64,000 bases of DNA from Octopus vulgaris (GCA_951406725.2 OX597818.1:75516001-75580000), one strand, 5' to 3'. Counted from the stretch's first letter, positions 42,323 to 56,594 are shown. Notes: generated from the sequence alone by a model not told the origin. Made by a program: numbers and translations.

Positions 42323-42326
<4 letters not shown>
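42133..42326. mobile_element. Hairpin MITE (about 80-bp arms) in TA context
   Basis: tttcactggggaagg..tttatgggattaccc..acgtccataa..ttaactttatggcgcatcgtc / gacgatacgccataaagttaa..ttatggacgt..gggtaatctcataaa..cctcagtgaaa. Confidence 0.85.
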
Positions 42327-42366
<40 letters not shown>

Positions 42367-43709
42367 CCCTGTGCAACCTTATGCGAACCCATAACCCATA
42401 CATAAAATTATAAGTCCTCCATTTCACGTTTTGCCTGGATCTATTAATAGCTTAGCATGGCCGCGGGGTGCTTCAGTTCTATCTCAACATCTTAAGAGAT
42501 TCACTAACGTAGCTGCAGAGGGACGGTCCGTGCTGGGCGACACCAGATTTGGGTCGGCGGAGGTAATGAATGCGTACACCACCCGTTTTCGGCGTAACAA
42601 AAACCCTAACCCTACATATTTTTGACCCGTCTCTGCAGGGAAGAAAAAAATAAGTTTTGGATTATGGACAATAGGACTTTAATTATCAGTAAGCTCAACT
42701 TTATAACTCGATACCTAAAATATTTACGCTTGTGAATTCTACCACTCTTCACTGCATCTTTTACATAACAATAATTTACGCACAAGGACACGGGGTTATT
42801 GATACCAGTAAAGGATAGCGGTTGTTTGAATCGACCCTACTAGGATGAAAGACAAAGGGTGACAGACAAAGGGTGAAAGACCTCAGTAGAATATGAACCC
42901 AAAATGTAAACGGCCGGCACCCCATCAATTCTGCCGTCCACCAGTTTCAATCATATTTTTTCTGTAATATACATAAAAGGTACAAGAAATAACCTATATA
43001 ATATAGTTATAACCAATATTCAGTGTACAGCTTGATTTACCGCTTCCCGTGAGTGATGGGATAAGAGGGTAAGGCAACCTGGCTTGGACGTTGAATTCAG
43101 AACGTAAACAAATGTATGAAAACAATGTAAGGCGTTTTACCAATAAGGCATGAGATTTGAAATTTTGTAAGGAGGGGGCTTGTCGATTACATCGATCCCA
43201 GTGCTCAACTGGTATTTTATCGACCTCGAAAGGTTAAAAAGCAAAATCGACTTCGGCGAAATTTGAACTCAGAACGTAGAGATCTTAGAGGAGAAATACT
43301 GCTCTGCATTTTGTCCGACGAGCTAATAATAATGTTTCCTTTATATTTCTACACGAGCGACACTAATAAACTGTGGGAAATGCAACAAACAGGAATATTT
43401 GGGGTATGTATATCACAAAGAGAACGTAAATGGCAAAAATACAAGAGAAAATACAATAGAAATTCTATAAATACACACACACATTCACGGGCTCTAATAT
43501 TTATACGTAATCTTGAGAAATTAAGCTCGCGAGGACCTTTTCGATAGTTTGGTTTAAGAATCGAAATCACATAGTTATTTGCGCACCTCTCCCTCACAAT
43601 GTATATAGATGCACACATATATAACGAGATGCATTACATAGGTATACAGACGCAGAGATATATTAATATGTATATATACACACAATAAAAATAAACAACA
43701 CTGCCTTAC

Positions 43710-43935
43710 CAAAGGCTGCTCCAGTTGCAAGAGATATAATTCCATATTTTGCATAAGAAGCACTTGTTTTATGAAAACATTGCTGGTGATAATAATTCCT
43801 ATATTGATATTGTTTACGATGCCCAGAGTGCCCGGAATTATTCAAGTTTGAATAATAACACGCTGGTGATATGTGACGCACTACGGCTTCGAAATTACAC
43901 GAAGCTGTAGACTTCAGTAACCTCGCCAATGCCAT
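43710..43935 (-). CDS. SUOX: Sulfite oxidase, coding exon 1 (mitochondrial targeting presequence)
   Basis: ATG at 43935; MALARLLKSTAS... is R/K/S/L-rich and acid-poor, followed by a hydrophobic GIISLATGAAFG; donor G|GTAAG at 43710/43709; 226 nt (phase 1) joins the next exon in frame as ...AAFG-LYAYIQ... Confidence 0.85.
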
Positions 43936-44239
43936 AAATGTTCAGTAATCGAGCTTATAATAGATTTTGCAGAAAAGTCTAGTGATCAGTATTGTTATTA
44001 TTATAGTCGAAATATGTGCAACTTATGAGAGAGAGAAACGAAAGAGTTTGTTTTACAAGTTTTTTGCTCGCCTTCTGCTTGTCGGGAACGTGCAAAGTGA
44101 AGAATAACAAGCATTTGATTAAACGTCGATTTCTTGTTTCGTTTTCCGCTAATTTCTCAACTATTGTCACATTTTCAGCTTTACATATCACGAGTGAAAC
44201 TGAAACTTTACTGACGAAAAGAGACAGGATTACAGGCTA

Positions 44240-44288
<49 letters not shown>

Positions 44289-45109
44289 CTATTAAGTAGC
44301 GCTTTAATACATGTATTGTGACCTATAAATAAATAGTATTTATCTCTCACCAAATGGAGTACTTTAGATAGATAGATAAACATACAGATATAAATATAGA
44401 AAGACAGAGATGTGTGTGTATATATGTATGTATATGTGGTATATTTAATCTTGTTTCACTCATTAGACTGCGGCCATGCTGGGGCACCACCTTGAAGAAT
44501 CTTCGTCGAATGAATCTACCACAGTACTTTTTGTTTTTAAGCCTGGTACTTTTTCTGTCGGTTCCTTTTTACCGATCCGCTAGTTACGGGGACGTAAACA
44601 TACCAACATCGCTTGTCAAGAGATGGTGGGGGACATAGACAAACACAAACAGAAAGCGTAAATTTTGGGAAGTACACGTTTCGCTAAGAAAAAAAAACCG
44701 GATTTTTTTCGCGGGATCAAGTACACTCACTCCTTCCCCTTAATGTGCCGCAAACCCCTTATTTTTGTTCGGGGGAAAAAAAGCTGGGGTGGGATACCGG
44801 ACCCCACTCCTAACCCAGAATCATGGGAAATTTGGGGGGTTTTTTGTTGTTGTTGAATGACTTACGGTGGCCTCCTAATATGTCACAAAACCCATTGTTT
44901 TTTCCGGAGAACGGGGGTGGGATGGAATCCTCGGAAATTTCACCCCTCCCCTTCCCGGAATCATTGGAAAATGCTTGTTTGTTTTTTCGTTGAATGAATT
45001 ACGATGGCCGCCTAATATGCCACAAAACACTTTTTTGTCCGGAAAACTGGAGTTAGAGCTGGGTGGAACACCCGGAAATTTCACCTCCACCTCCAACATT
45101 TTACATAAA

Positions 45110-45488
45110 TCTTCTCTATATATATAAACGGCAGTTTGTCTGTGTGTGTCTGTTAGGTTGTACCCTCACCCTGACCACGGCTTTCCACCGATTCTGATGA
45201 AACTTGATACACACATAGCCCAATGTCATAATTCAAAACTAACGCAGCGAAAATTTTGAAAAGTTCCCCCAGTTCTGAAAAAAATCGATAAATTCGACAT
45301 GGGGTCGAGAATCAGAAACACAAACCACAGACTGTCTAGGGGACGCAACTCGACCTTTTTAACTCAAAAAAAAATTTACCATAATTTTTTTTCCATTTTT
45401 TTGCTATTTTTTAGCTATAACTCTCTAAAAAGGCTTTATAGTTATTTCCTTTACAAACCCGAGCAACGTCGGGTGATACTGCTAGTAC
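45110..45488 (+). mobile_element. Non-autonomous Helitron
   Basis: 5' a|tc...tatatataaa...(GTCT)-like tract, accgattctgatgaaactt core, 3' hairpin cccgagcaacgtcggg followed by CTAG|t. Confidence 0.8.
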
Positions 45489-45865
45489 GTTGATAAAATT
45501 TAGGAAAAAGTTTGTATTTCGTTGTGATTAGTCCAGCAAGGTATGTAATAGGTTATTTTTATGGAACAATTTCATATTAATCTTTGTCCACATATACATA
45601 CACACTCTCATCATCATCATCATCATCATCAATCATCGTTTAGCGTTCGCTTTCCATGCTAGCATGGGTTGGACGGTTCAATTGGGGTCTGGGAAGCCAG
45701 AAGGCTGCACCAGGCCCAGTCTGATCTGGCAATGTTTCTACGGCTGGATGCCCTTCCTAACGCCAACCACTCCGTGAGTGTAGTGGGTGCTTTTTACGTG
45801 TCACCGTCACAGGTGCCAGACGAGGCTGGCAAACGGCCACGATCAGATGGTGCTTTTTACGTGCC

Positions 45866-45908
<43 letters not shown>

Positions 45909-46091
45909 GTCAGACAGATAGATATAGATGCATATACACACACATTTCGTTGACTATGACTTCATAAAAAATATTTTTAGCATAAAATACAAATACACTC
46001 AATATAAATGTTAACATATTAATATTATTGAAATGAGTTGTCAGTGTTATTTTCATTTTTGCATAATTTAGACAACAGTTTCTTTAATGTG

Positions 46092-46132
<41 letters not shown>

Positions 46133-46804
46133 GTAATGGATCTTGCCTGCATGAAGTGGATTCAATCCACCATAGCCAAATTTAATTTAACACTGCAACA
46201 GAACTTTTCCCATGGTGGAACAATGGTTTTTCTCTGACAGCAGTTTTACATTTTCCAGATGCTTTTAGCTAGGCCTAAATAATGTCTTCACCACTTGACC
46301 CTTTCTAACCTCTTCTACTTCACCAAAAGCTAGAATAGAGATAACAAGGCCACCAACAAAATCTATTGTTCTCAATGATATGTCTATTCTTCTGGATAGT
46401 TATAAAAAGCAAGAACACCCCAAGCAAAAATTCGTCGTTGACGACTCAATGAGAACGAAGTCTGGCTGGCCAGCTAGAACCTTGGTCAGAGGAGAAATGA
46501 AGTTTACTGTCAGCAACTGTGAGACAACGTCCCACACACTACAACTTTCACTAGCTCTAATTCTGTTCTCTTACAACATCATTCTATCTCTCTCTGTAAT
46601 TACTACTAAAGACAATGAAGAGGACACAAACACAAACTTTACTTCGCATGCTTTTGGATTTATCATAACCTGCCCGTCATGGCAAGGTATTTTTAACGTA
46701 ACGGTAAATAAATACTTTCTAAAAATTTAATGCAGAGTTCATCTTTCACATCCTACAGTATGCAATTATAACAACAAAACTTTATTGTTACAAATACTTA
46801 TTGT

Positions 46805-46858
<54 letters not shown>

Positions 46859-46886
46859 ACATATATATATATATATATATATATGT

Positions 46887-46934
<48 letters not shown>

Positions 46935-47329
46935 TATATATATAAATGATTGCAAAAATTAGAGTCAACAAGAAGGAGTACGGTTGGACATTTATCATTT
47001 AATCACTACAATTGTTTCCACGCAACATAATTCTCCAGGCATGAAGGTACTTGATTATGCCACTGTTTCCCTGTATTCTGTTGTGTTTTCTCGGGCAATA
47101 TATAAGTATTGTCTCTGTAAGCTCAAAATCCTCGGCTTCAAGAACATACTTTCTGTCTGTTGTGGCCTAAATTTAGTAGTAATCACTGAGCTTATCAGGA
47201 GGTGTTGTTACTGAAGAGCCATTGGTAAACCGATTTGAATGTGTAGATGTAGCGTAATAGTGATTCTGTTACTGTTAAAGTGGTTGCTGTTTTACAGGGA
47301 TTGGCATTTGATTTGATCACCCTGTTGAT

Positions 47330-47575
47330 TTGTTCTTCACAGTTGGTTACTAACTTCCTACATCATTCTCAAGATCCAGAGCAAATCACAGAAGGCCTTG
47401 ATTTGTATACGGAAAATGACTTCCAGGTTGGATTCCAAAAATGGCAGAAATGTTGGGGCCAGTGTATTTCTGTGCAAGGTAAGTATTTTGAAGGAGAGGA
47501 TGTTAAAACTTAGGTAAATAAGTTATTTTTTTTAAACATAATTAATCTGAGAATCTTTTGTAATCACCTCGTATA
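47330..47575 (+). mobile_element. mariner transposon 3' fragment
   Basis: ENDFQVGFQKWQKCWGQCISVQGKYFEG C-terminus; TIR-like ttttgtaatcacctcg-TA. Confidence 0.75.
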
Positions 47576-48548
47576 TATATTTATATTTATATATAGGAAG
47601 ACATGGGACAAAGTACTTAAGGACAACCTCAGAATGCCGAACGTATCAGGCAAGATGATAAAGGACCAAGATACTTGGTGCCTTGCTGTACTCAAGAAGA
47701 CCTGTACTCCACAGCAGAAGTGTTAGGGCTGGTCTCCTCGATGAAGAGGATTGGCCTGCAAGAGTCCTGTGCTAGTGCCACATCAAAACACCCAGCACAC
47801 TCTGTAAAGTGGTTGGCATTAGGAAGGGTATCTAGCTGTAGAAAACATGGCAAATCAGACTGGAGTCTGGTGCAGCTAACCAGCTTGCCAGCCCTAATTA
47901 TACCATCCAACCCATGCCAGCATGGACAATGAACATTAAATGATGATGGTGATGTATATATATATATCTGAATAGACTAAACAGAACAGGAGGAGACACA
48001 TCGGATGTCGAGGTGCTGAAGAGATCACAGGATGTGTGATGAAAGATTTCCAATCAAAGGACATCAAATAAGAACAATAATAAATCTGAAATGAAGAACA
48101 GATATATAGTGCGTGTGTTTATTTGACAAAAAAATATGACCATCCCAAAATATTGAGTGTGTCGTCATCATCATCATCATCGTTTAACGTCTGTTTTCCA
48201 TGCTGACATGGATTGGACAGTTTGACTGAGGTCTGGAAAGCCAGTGGCTGCACAAGGCTCCAATCTGATCTGGCAATGTTTCTACAACTGGATGCCCTTC
48301 CTAACGCCAACCACTCCAAGAGTGTAGTGGGTGCTTTTTACATGCCACCAGCACAAGAGCCAGTCAGGCAGCCCTGGCATCAATCATGTTCAGAATAGAG
48401 CATTTTACATGCCACCAACACGGGAGCCAGTTAGGGGGGCACTGGCATCAACTCGTTCAGATGGTGCATTTTACATTGGCACGGGAGTCAGTCAGGGGGC
48501 ATTGACCACAGCTACGATTTTGGTTTTACTTGAATCAATAGATCTTCT

Positions 48549-48624
<76 letters not shown>

Positions 48625-48632
48625 CGTATGTA

Positions 48633-48673
<41 letters not shown>

Positions 48674-48689
48674 TGCACATAAAATACAC

Positions 48690-48910
48690 CAATCTGACCG
48701 TGGCCGTTGCCAGCCCCGCCTGGCACCTGTGCAGGTGGCACGTAAAAACCACCCACTACACTCACGGAGTGGTTGGCGTTAGGAAGGGCATCCAGCTGTA
48801 GAAACATTGCCAGATTAGACTGGAGCCTGGTGCAGCCTTCTGGCTTCCCAGAACCCCGATTGCTAGCATGGAGAACGGACGTTAAACGACGATGATGATG
48901 ATGATGATGA
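48690..48910 (+). mobile_element. Abundant (ATG)n-tailed retroposon, family C; representative copy
   Basis: ggagtggttggcgttaggaagggcatccagctgtagaaac..gccagat..gactggagcctggtgcagcc..gcatggagaacggacgttaaacgacgatgatg; copies at 30115-30305(+), 30535-30910(-), 45610-45865(-), 47770-47950(+), 48165-48480(-). Confidence 0.85.
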
Positions 48911-49253
48911 TATATATATACATTGTGTGTATATACATATATATATATAGATATATATATATATATGTATGTATATATACAAACGCACAAACATATACAT
49001 ACATACATACTTATTCTTTTATTTGTTATTTGTTTCAGTCATTGGACTACAATAAATCAATGGGTTTGTAATGGGCAGATGGTTCCAGGATGGCAATTAC
49101 AATTAGGTGAATTAGGTGAACTTCAGACTTTAACATAGTTGTTTTTAAAAGATTTTGCAATAATAAATATATTCTTGAAAACATATTTCGAAAACCTTTG
49201 GAAAAAGTACTTTTTCACACCACCCTAATATACATACATACATACATACATAT

Positions 49254-49372
<119 letters not shown>

Positions 49373-50003
49373 TACACACACACACAACTGTCACATATAA
49401 TGCAAGGCAAGGAAAATGTAATACCAATGAAGGCTAGCAGGTCAAATCATTGAAATCACTGTCACCCACTTATAAATGTATTATACATACATGCATGCAT
49501 GCATGCATATATGCATGCATATATACATGCATGCATACATACATACATACATACATACATACATACATACATACATACATACAAACAAACAAACAAACAA
49601 ACAAACAAACAAACAATATTTTTGCTTTTCTTATTTTAGTTTATTTCACAAATAGTTTTAATGTTATTTTCATAAGCACAAATTTTTTACTTGACAGCTT
49701 TTTCCAATTCACAAAGGCCTTTCTATATCCTTGCAAGCTTTTTTTAAAAATACTATAACATTTTTTTTTTAAATACAGTATTACTCAATATGACTTCAAG
49801 TTCTGTAAGTAATAAATATTTTGTGTTTTCTCAATTTTTAAACTATTTTAATCGATTTATTTGTACCTCTGATGAGAGAAATGTGACTATTTGTATCAGC
49901 TGGAAAACTCTCCTCAAAACAATCGTAAGGTTCTGTAATACTGCTTTTCTTTGGATTGTAATATTGGAGCACTTCAAACCTAACATCTTGATGAATTTTT
50001 ATG

Positions 50004-50558
50004 TATTGGGTTGTCCGGAAAGTTCGTGCCAATTCATAGTAGCTTACCTTTCGACTAATTTTAGAACATAGTTGAGTCCATAAAATAGGATTTGATTACA
50101 CCGCCATTTTGAGCACAGTTTAAGCTATCTTTTCGTGGAAGAAGGTTTATGTTCCAATAACCTGTGTTAAAATGAAAGATAGGAAAGTTCATTTTTGGCA
50201 CTTGATGCTTTGGGAACCAGACAAAAATTGCTGCAGCTCAGCTGGGATGTGTTACCCCACCCTCCATATTCACCAGTTATTACTCCTTCGGATTTCCACT
50301 TATTCAGGTCTCTGCAGAATAGTCTTAATGGTAAAAATTTCAATTCCTTAGATGACACAAAAAAGATACCTTGATGAATTCTTTGCCATGAAACCACCTC
50401 AATTCTGGGAAGAGGGTATTTTCAAGTTAAAGGAAGATGGAGACGCATTGTGCAACAAAATGGTTCATATTTGGTTGATTTTAAAATGTAATGGCAAATA
50501 TTTATTGACCTTTTTCTTTCCTTTAAAAATCGGCATGAACTTTCCGGACAACCCAATA
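50004..50558 (+). mobile_element. Internally deleted mariner element
   Basis: TIR tattgggttgtccggaaagttcgtgcc / ggcatgaactttccggacaacccaata; retains GWDVLPHPPYSPVITPSDFHLFRSLQNSLNG (YSPDL motif region). Confidence 0.92.
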
Positions 50559-50621
50559 CTTTATATTCCTATGATAAAGGAACTTGACCTATGAAAATCT
50601 GTCATCCACTTTGATTTTTGT

Positions 50622-50683
<62 letters not shown>

Positions 50684-53600
50684 AATCATCTACAAATCAA
50701 AAAAGAGCACACTCTGAGTTTAGTGTTTGATTGTTGGAAGAAAAATTACCCAATACTAAAGAAGATATGAATAAAATTTTTATTTTGATCGAGTCAGTCT
50801 CTTGCTACTTTGAGTTTCGCTTGTGAATATGTGTGTGCATGTGTAAGGGTGTAATGGAGAAGCTGGTAAATGTTCAGTTTAGGATATTATTAAAAAAGTA
50901 AATAATTTAGGGGGAGATAACTAGTAAATGGACATAAATACTGGATATTATTTACTTTGGAATTGATCAGAATGGCACGTGGAAGACGAGTGGGACTGCA
51001 ATTCATTGTTCCTGAAATTGAAATCCTCAAATGTGAATCAATCTTGGAGGAATCTTGGAATATCACCCAATTAGCCAAATCACGAGACAAGATTCTTCAA
51101 TGGTTGGCATGGCATTGACTAATTATGAATTTATACATGTGCAAAAATTGTAATTCACCATGTTACCTTACTACAGTATTTATGTTAACACTAAGTTGAC
51201 TTATTTATGTCCCTTTACTAGTTATCTCCCCCCCCCCTTAATTTTATTTACTTTTTTAATGTCCCTAAACTGAACAATTATCAGAGATGTTTTATGATAT
51301 AATTCATTAAGAAAGCAGCAAGGAACTCGTATATCGGTCATAAATGTATGCTTTAGTTAACAGAAATTTTTACACAAAATCATTAGGAAGGTGATGTAGC
51401 AAGGAAAGTAAAAGAATAGATACCATGTTATTTTGAAATAGCATTGTTATATACTGTGAAATAGGCAGTAAGTTGGCTTAAAAAAAAATGCCTTGAAACA
51501 TTTGTTACATCACTTTGTTCTGAATTCAAAACCCACAAAGGTTAACTTTGCCTTTCATCCTTTCAAGTTAGATGAAATAAAGTACCAATCAAATGCTGGA
51601 GTCAAGGGTATTGACTAAATCCCTTCCCTAAAAATTAATGGCATTTTTCCCGAATCAGTAACCTTTATTATAAATGAAATTATTTGTTAGTGACATGGCT
51701 TTTGCTAGTTTGAATGATCTGCCATACACGTTTGCCAACATAAGCACACGACAAGTGTTGCCTGTACATGTATTCAAAACATTATTGTAAAATAAATTTT
51801 TTTTTATTCTTTGTCATTTATGGTGAACATTCAAGATACACATTACAGCTATTCATTGCTTCTTATGTTGTGTGAATTATTGACAATAGACATTTTCTTA
51901 TCTGTGAGATTTTCATGAGATCCTGCTCGGTTTTATTAATGTTCTTGCCAAATGAGCTTTAGCAATTAATTGAATAAACTAATTTTATGGCTGTTGTTAA
52001 ATGACTGACTACTTTTTATTTTATGCTGCTTAGTCCATAAATATACTAGAGTATCAGTGACAATGTTGTCTACACAGTTGAGTATTGATCACAAGATCAG
52101 ATGCATTGAAGAAGAGTATTGGTGACCTGTTATAGATACCATTGACATAGAGTATCAATAATCGGGTTATAGAAACAATGAAGTAGAGTATCAGTTAACC
52201 AGGTGGCAAATACAGTGGAGTATTGATGACAAGGTCACAGATGCAGTGAAATGGGGTATCAATGATCGGGTTATAGATGCAATGGAGTTGACAACAGAAT
52301 GCCAGTAATTTGATTATAGATCCTTTGATGTTGTCCCGCATGAGTTAGAATCTCATGCACCTTGTTAAAAATGTATTCTTCAATGGGTTTAAATGCCAGT
52401 ATTGCATACTGGAGTGTAATGACAGAGATTTAATAACAAAGTTCGCATCAGAATAATTATCAAAAGAACAATATTTGATTGATTATTTGTATAGCCATTT
52501 ATGAAGTTGATTATAATGTTAGCTGTTACAATATATATATATAAGAAATGTAGAACCTCATCAGATTGTTTGTGTATACACAGCTTGTTTTTCAAGTCTC
52601 TGGTTCCATGGTCATTGTGCATGGGAGCTAGCTTCATCACTGCGCTGCTAAAGAGAAAGGCAGAGTAAAACAATCAAGGTAGAATGATACATTAAGAGGT
52701 TTACTTTGCTGCGATAATCAGCATACTGACAGATTTTCTGTCTGTTCAGGGACAATTAGTCAAAGAGAGAGATAGCCATTTGCTTATGTTTCTATAACTT
52801 GCTGACAAAGGTAAGTTAAACTAAAAACAATAGGGTTTTTCATCCCTAATCAGAATTGACCAAAGAATGCCCTGGAGAAGATCAAGAGTGCAAGAAAAGG
52901 CTGAAACAATAAACCAAGGATTTGTTTGACAATGTGGGAAAATGTGGATTTGGTTTCGAATCCTGGGTTAGTTGTTCTGTAGCTGTTCGCCACACAACTA
53001 ATACTGGAATCATTTCCCCTACTTCTACATTCTTATCAGTACAACAGAAAGGTCAGAAAGAAAAGAAAAGTGACATTGACATTACTGCACTAGCAGTGCT
53101 CTACAGATAATTAATCATATAACCATTAATAAGAAAAAAGAAAATTTTGCAATATATCAGACAGATAAATGACAAAATTTGTATTCTTATTAATGAATGA
53201 ACAAGCCAGGACATTAAGGCCAGTCTGATAGTTTATTTGGAATGTGTAATGAAATGATAAGGATAGTGATTTCCATTTTGTGTTTTTAGACTGAAATAAA
53301 TAACCTGCTCAGAAAACTGCAATTGTTTCTAATTTTCTATATAAGCATTTCATCTGATGCTTACTTGAAACTAGTGAAAGAGCAAATGTAAACCATTCGT
53401 TCACAAGGGTGTTTGTCACTCTGACTGGAGTAACTCTCCTCTTTATATAAATCCTGGAAAAAATACCAAAGGAAAAATGACATGGTAAAAATGTCACTGG
53501 TAAAAATACCACAATAAAATATCACAAGTCAAAATGGAGTCCATGTTTAACCTTTTTTTCCAAAATTGGAACAGACATAGAAAATTACAATTTTACATTC

Positions 53601-54153
53601 ACTCTACCACCAAAATATATTCAAAATTTTTATCATTATGAATCAGTATACTGAGCTACTAGGGTAGTTTAACCAACTGTTTGTTTTAATCTGGACCTGC
53701 ACAGCTGCCATTTTTTCCAATAGACTCTTTTGACTTGTTGTTCAACCATTTTTACTATGACATTTTTTACTGTAGCATTTTTCCTGGCCATTCTCAATTC
53801 TGCCAAATACAATCTATTTAGTTCAGGCGGGTATTTCAAAAGATTGCATCAAACACAGTGAGCCAGAACAAATACCTACAAGGCATCCATTCGACATTCT
53901 TACATCACTAATCCACCATTCTAGGTTGGTACTTTTGTATCGATCTCAAAAAGTTGAAAAATAAAGCTGACCTTGGCAAGATTTGATCTTAGAGCACAGA
54001 CAATTAGACAAAAATATCTACAAGGCATCCATCAAGAACCCATTTTTATATTTTCGACAATTGATTGCTCTAATTTGGTGTTTTGAAAAGATAAAAAGTA
54101 AAGTTGTTCTCGGTGGGATTTGGTGGTCCCTGAACACAGAAAAGCAGAACGAA

Positions 54154-54670
54154 TACCGTAAATCCTCGAGTATAGTCCGCCCTTGAGTATAATACGCAGG
54201 GGATTTTTAGGGGGCTGTACCGCTGAAAAACCTAAACCTTGTGTATAATACGCACTCCTTCTCTAACTTGAGTCAAGGAGGTCTATATAGCGTCCTTGAT
54301 TTATAAAAATGTATACGGTATTGTCCTTTATTATTATTGTATATTTAATATAATGCAAACGTGTAGCTTTTTTGTGCATTTTGTTTGCAGAAAATAAAGG
54401 AACAACAGTAATAACATTTAATAAATGTTGCTTACTGCAAGTTATGGCTGATTATTTTATGACTTCATTGCTTTCAGGCTTAGCTTAAGGTAATTTCGTG
54501 TCCGACATCACAAAATGCGTCTGAATAAACATTGCCGGACAGCAAATAAAGACTCGGATATTGCTTAGAAAATATTTTTCATTTTTAACCTCGTATATAG
54601 TACGCACTGGGGATTTTGACCATTAAATTTTGGGGGGGAAAATGCGGATTATACTCGAGGATTTACGGTA
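54154..54670. mobile_element. Non-autonomous TA-target MITE (pogo/Tigger-like termini), copy 2
   Basis: TIR taccgtaaatcctcgagtata / tatactcgaggatttacggta with TA at both ends; appears inserted into a decayed SINE. Confidence 0.9.
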
Positions 54671-56353
54671 TTTCAAAACATAACAACTGATGCTCTAGCA
54701 ACTCTGCCAATTCAACACCCTACTACCCTACTACTAGATACCAAATTTACTTTGGTAATTAATTCTCAATGAACATTACACAGAAATGATAACCCGGTTA
54801 TGTCTTAATCACAGATTACAAGCTGTAGTAGGGGATTCAGTCTGATGAGACAGTTTTTAGGGGTTTTGGTTTGTTTGTTTGCTTTCAGTTAAAATTTTTA
54901 ACACCAAATTAGTTGCAGCTTGCTGTTTACACAGAAAAAAATGGTTGCAAAATAACAAGCGACTGTTACATTCTTTTTTGGTTTTTTGTGACCTTGTTGC
55001 ACTGGGTTTTCAATTCATAGTATGCGCATACACTCATGCACATACATACTCACGCACACATGCATATGCATACCCATGCACACACTTCCTTCTGCACACA
55101 CACACACACACATTCATATAGGCGCGCACATGAGGTAATTCATTACGAAAACAGAAAACGCGCATTATTTCTAACTAGTATATCATTTGAAAACGTAAGC
55201 TTTAGTTAACAGAAATACATATGTCTGGTCATGTCATGATGTGTTTGATGTCAAATAGTTTTGTAAACAAACGTTGATGACGTCAGGAGCGAAATTACTA
55301 GATTGGGTTACAAGCGCAACAGCTCGCTACTTTATTGTTTAACTTCAGCTCTTTACTACTGCATTTTAGCCTACTTTTATAATTTTTGAGGACAACGATA
55401 ACTATCAACACGGCTTCTGTTATCTATAAACTTCCAGTTATATGTCAGTATTTCACCTTTGTCCCCGTGGGTATTATCAGGAAATATGGCATGCATACAA
55501 TAATTATGATTCCTCTTTTTATCAAATTTATTGGTGCTTATACGAATTGATGAAATGAATACTAATTTTCAAAAGAAAAATATTTATTACCTTAAAATAA
55601 AATTAAATAAAACAGATTTCTGATTTGTAGTCCAACTCATGCCAGCATGGAAAATGGACATTAAAGGATGATGATGATGATGATCGCCATAAATATGTTA
55701 TTTTTCTGAATGTTTTATCAACAGTGCCCCCAGCATGGCCAAAGCTTCTGACTGAGACCAATAATTGAATAGAAGAATATTTCCTATCACTTCCATCGAA
55801 AATTTGTCCTTCAAAATCTTAACACTTTTCATAATTACTGTCATTTACACCCTTTCTTCCTCTGTCTTTATAATACTGTCTCACTGTGTATGTGTAGCAT
55901 TCCTTTACTTATTGCCTGCCACCAAGCCGAGTATGTGCACTCATCTACACCTCTTATTTGAACTCTCTCTGTAACTCTATTTTACTCCCTTTTCTCTCTA
56001 TACACTGCAAAATGTGAGTAGAAAAACCTATCAGTCAACATTTATATCAGCTACAAGCTCGAGATTACAATGGCATAGTTTTTTATCCTTTCGTTTGTTT
56101 CAATCATTTGACTATGGCCATGCTGGAGCACCACCTTTAGTGTGTCTGCCCATTACTGCTTGGAAACCAGTGTTGGCGTGTTTGTATCCCCATAACTTAG
56201 CAATTTAGCATAAGTGACCAATAGAATAAGAACCACTTAAAAAAAGAAGTATTGGCGTCAATTCATTTGAGTAAAACTTCAAGGCGGTGCCCCAGCATGG
56301 TTGCAGTCTATTAAGTGAAGCAAGTTAAAGATAAAAGATATCTATCTATCTAT

Positions 56354-56393
<40 letters not shown>

Positions 56394-56514
56394 CTTTCTG
56401 TTGAAGAGCGTAGGCTTGAAATGTAAAAGATTTTCTCACCTTCCCGAGCGTTAAACTAATACATCTGTTTGCTGTTTACACACCTGTCTTCGTCTTTTGT
56501 TTTTTGTAAATTCC

Positions 56515-56594
<80 letters not shown>

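Noticed and set aside
52040-52330. Degenerate 35-40-bp tandem repeat as possible repeat-protein exon
   Set aside because: No sustained open frame; ordinary decayed minisatellite
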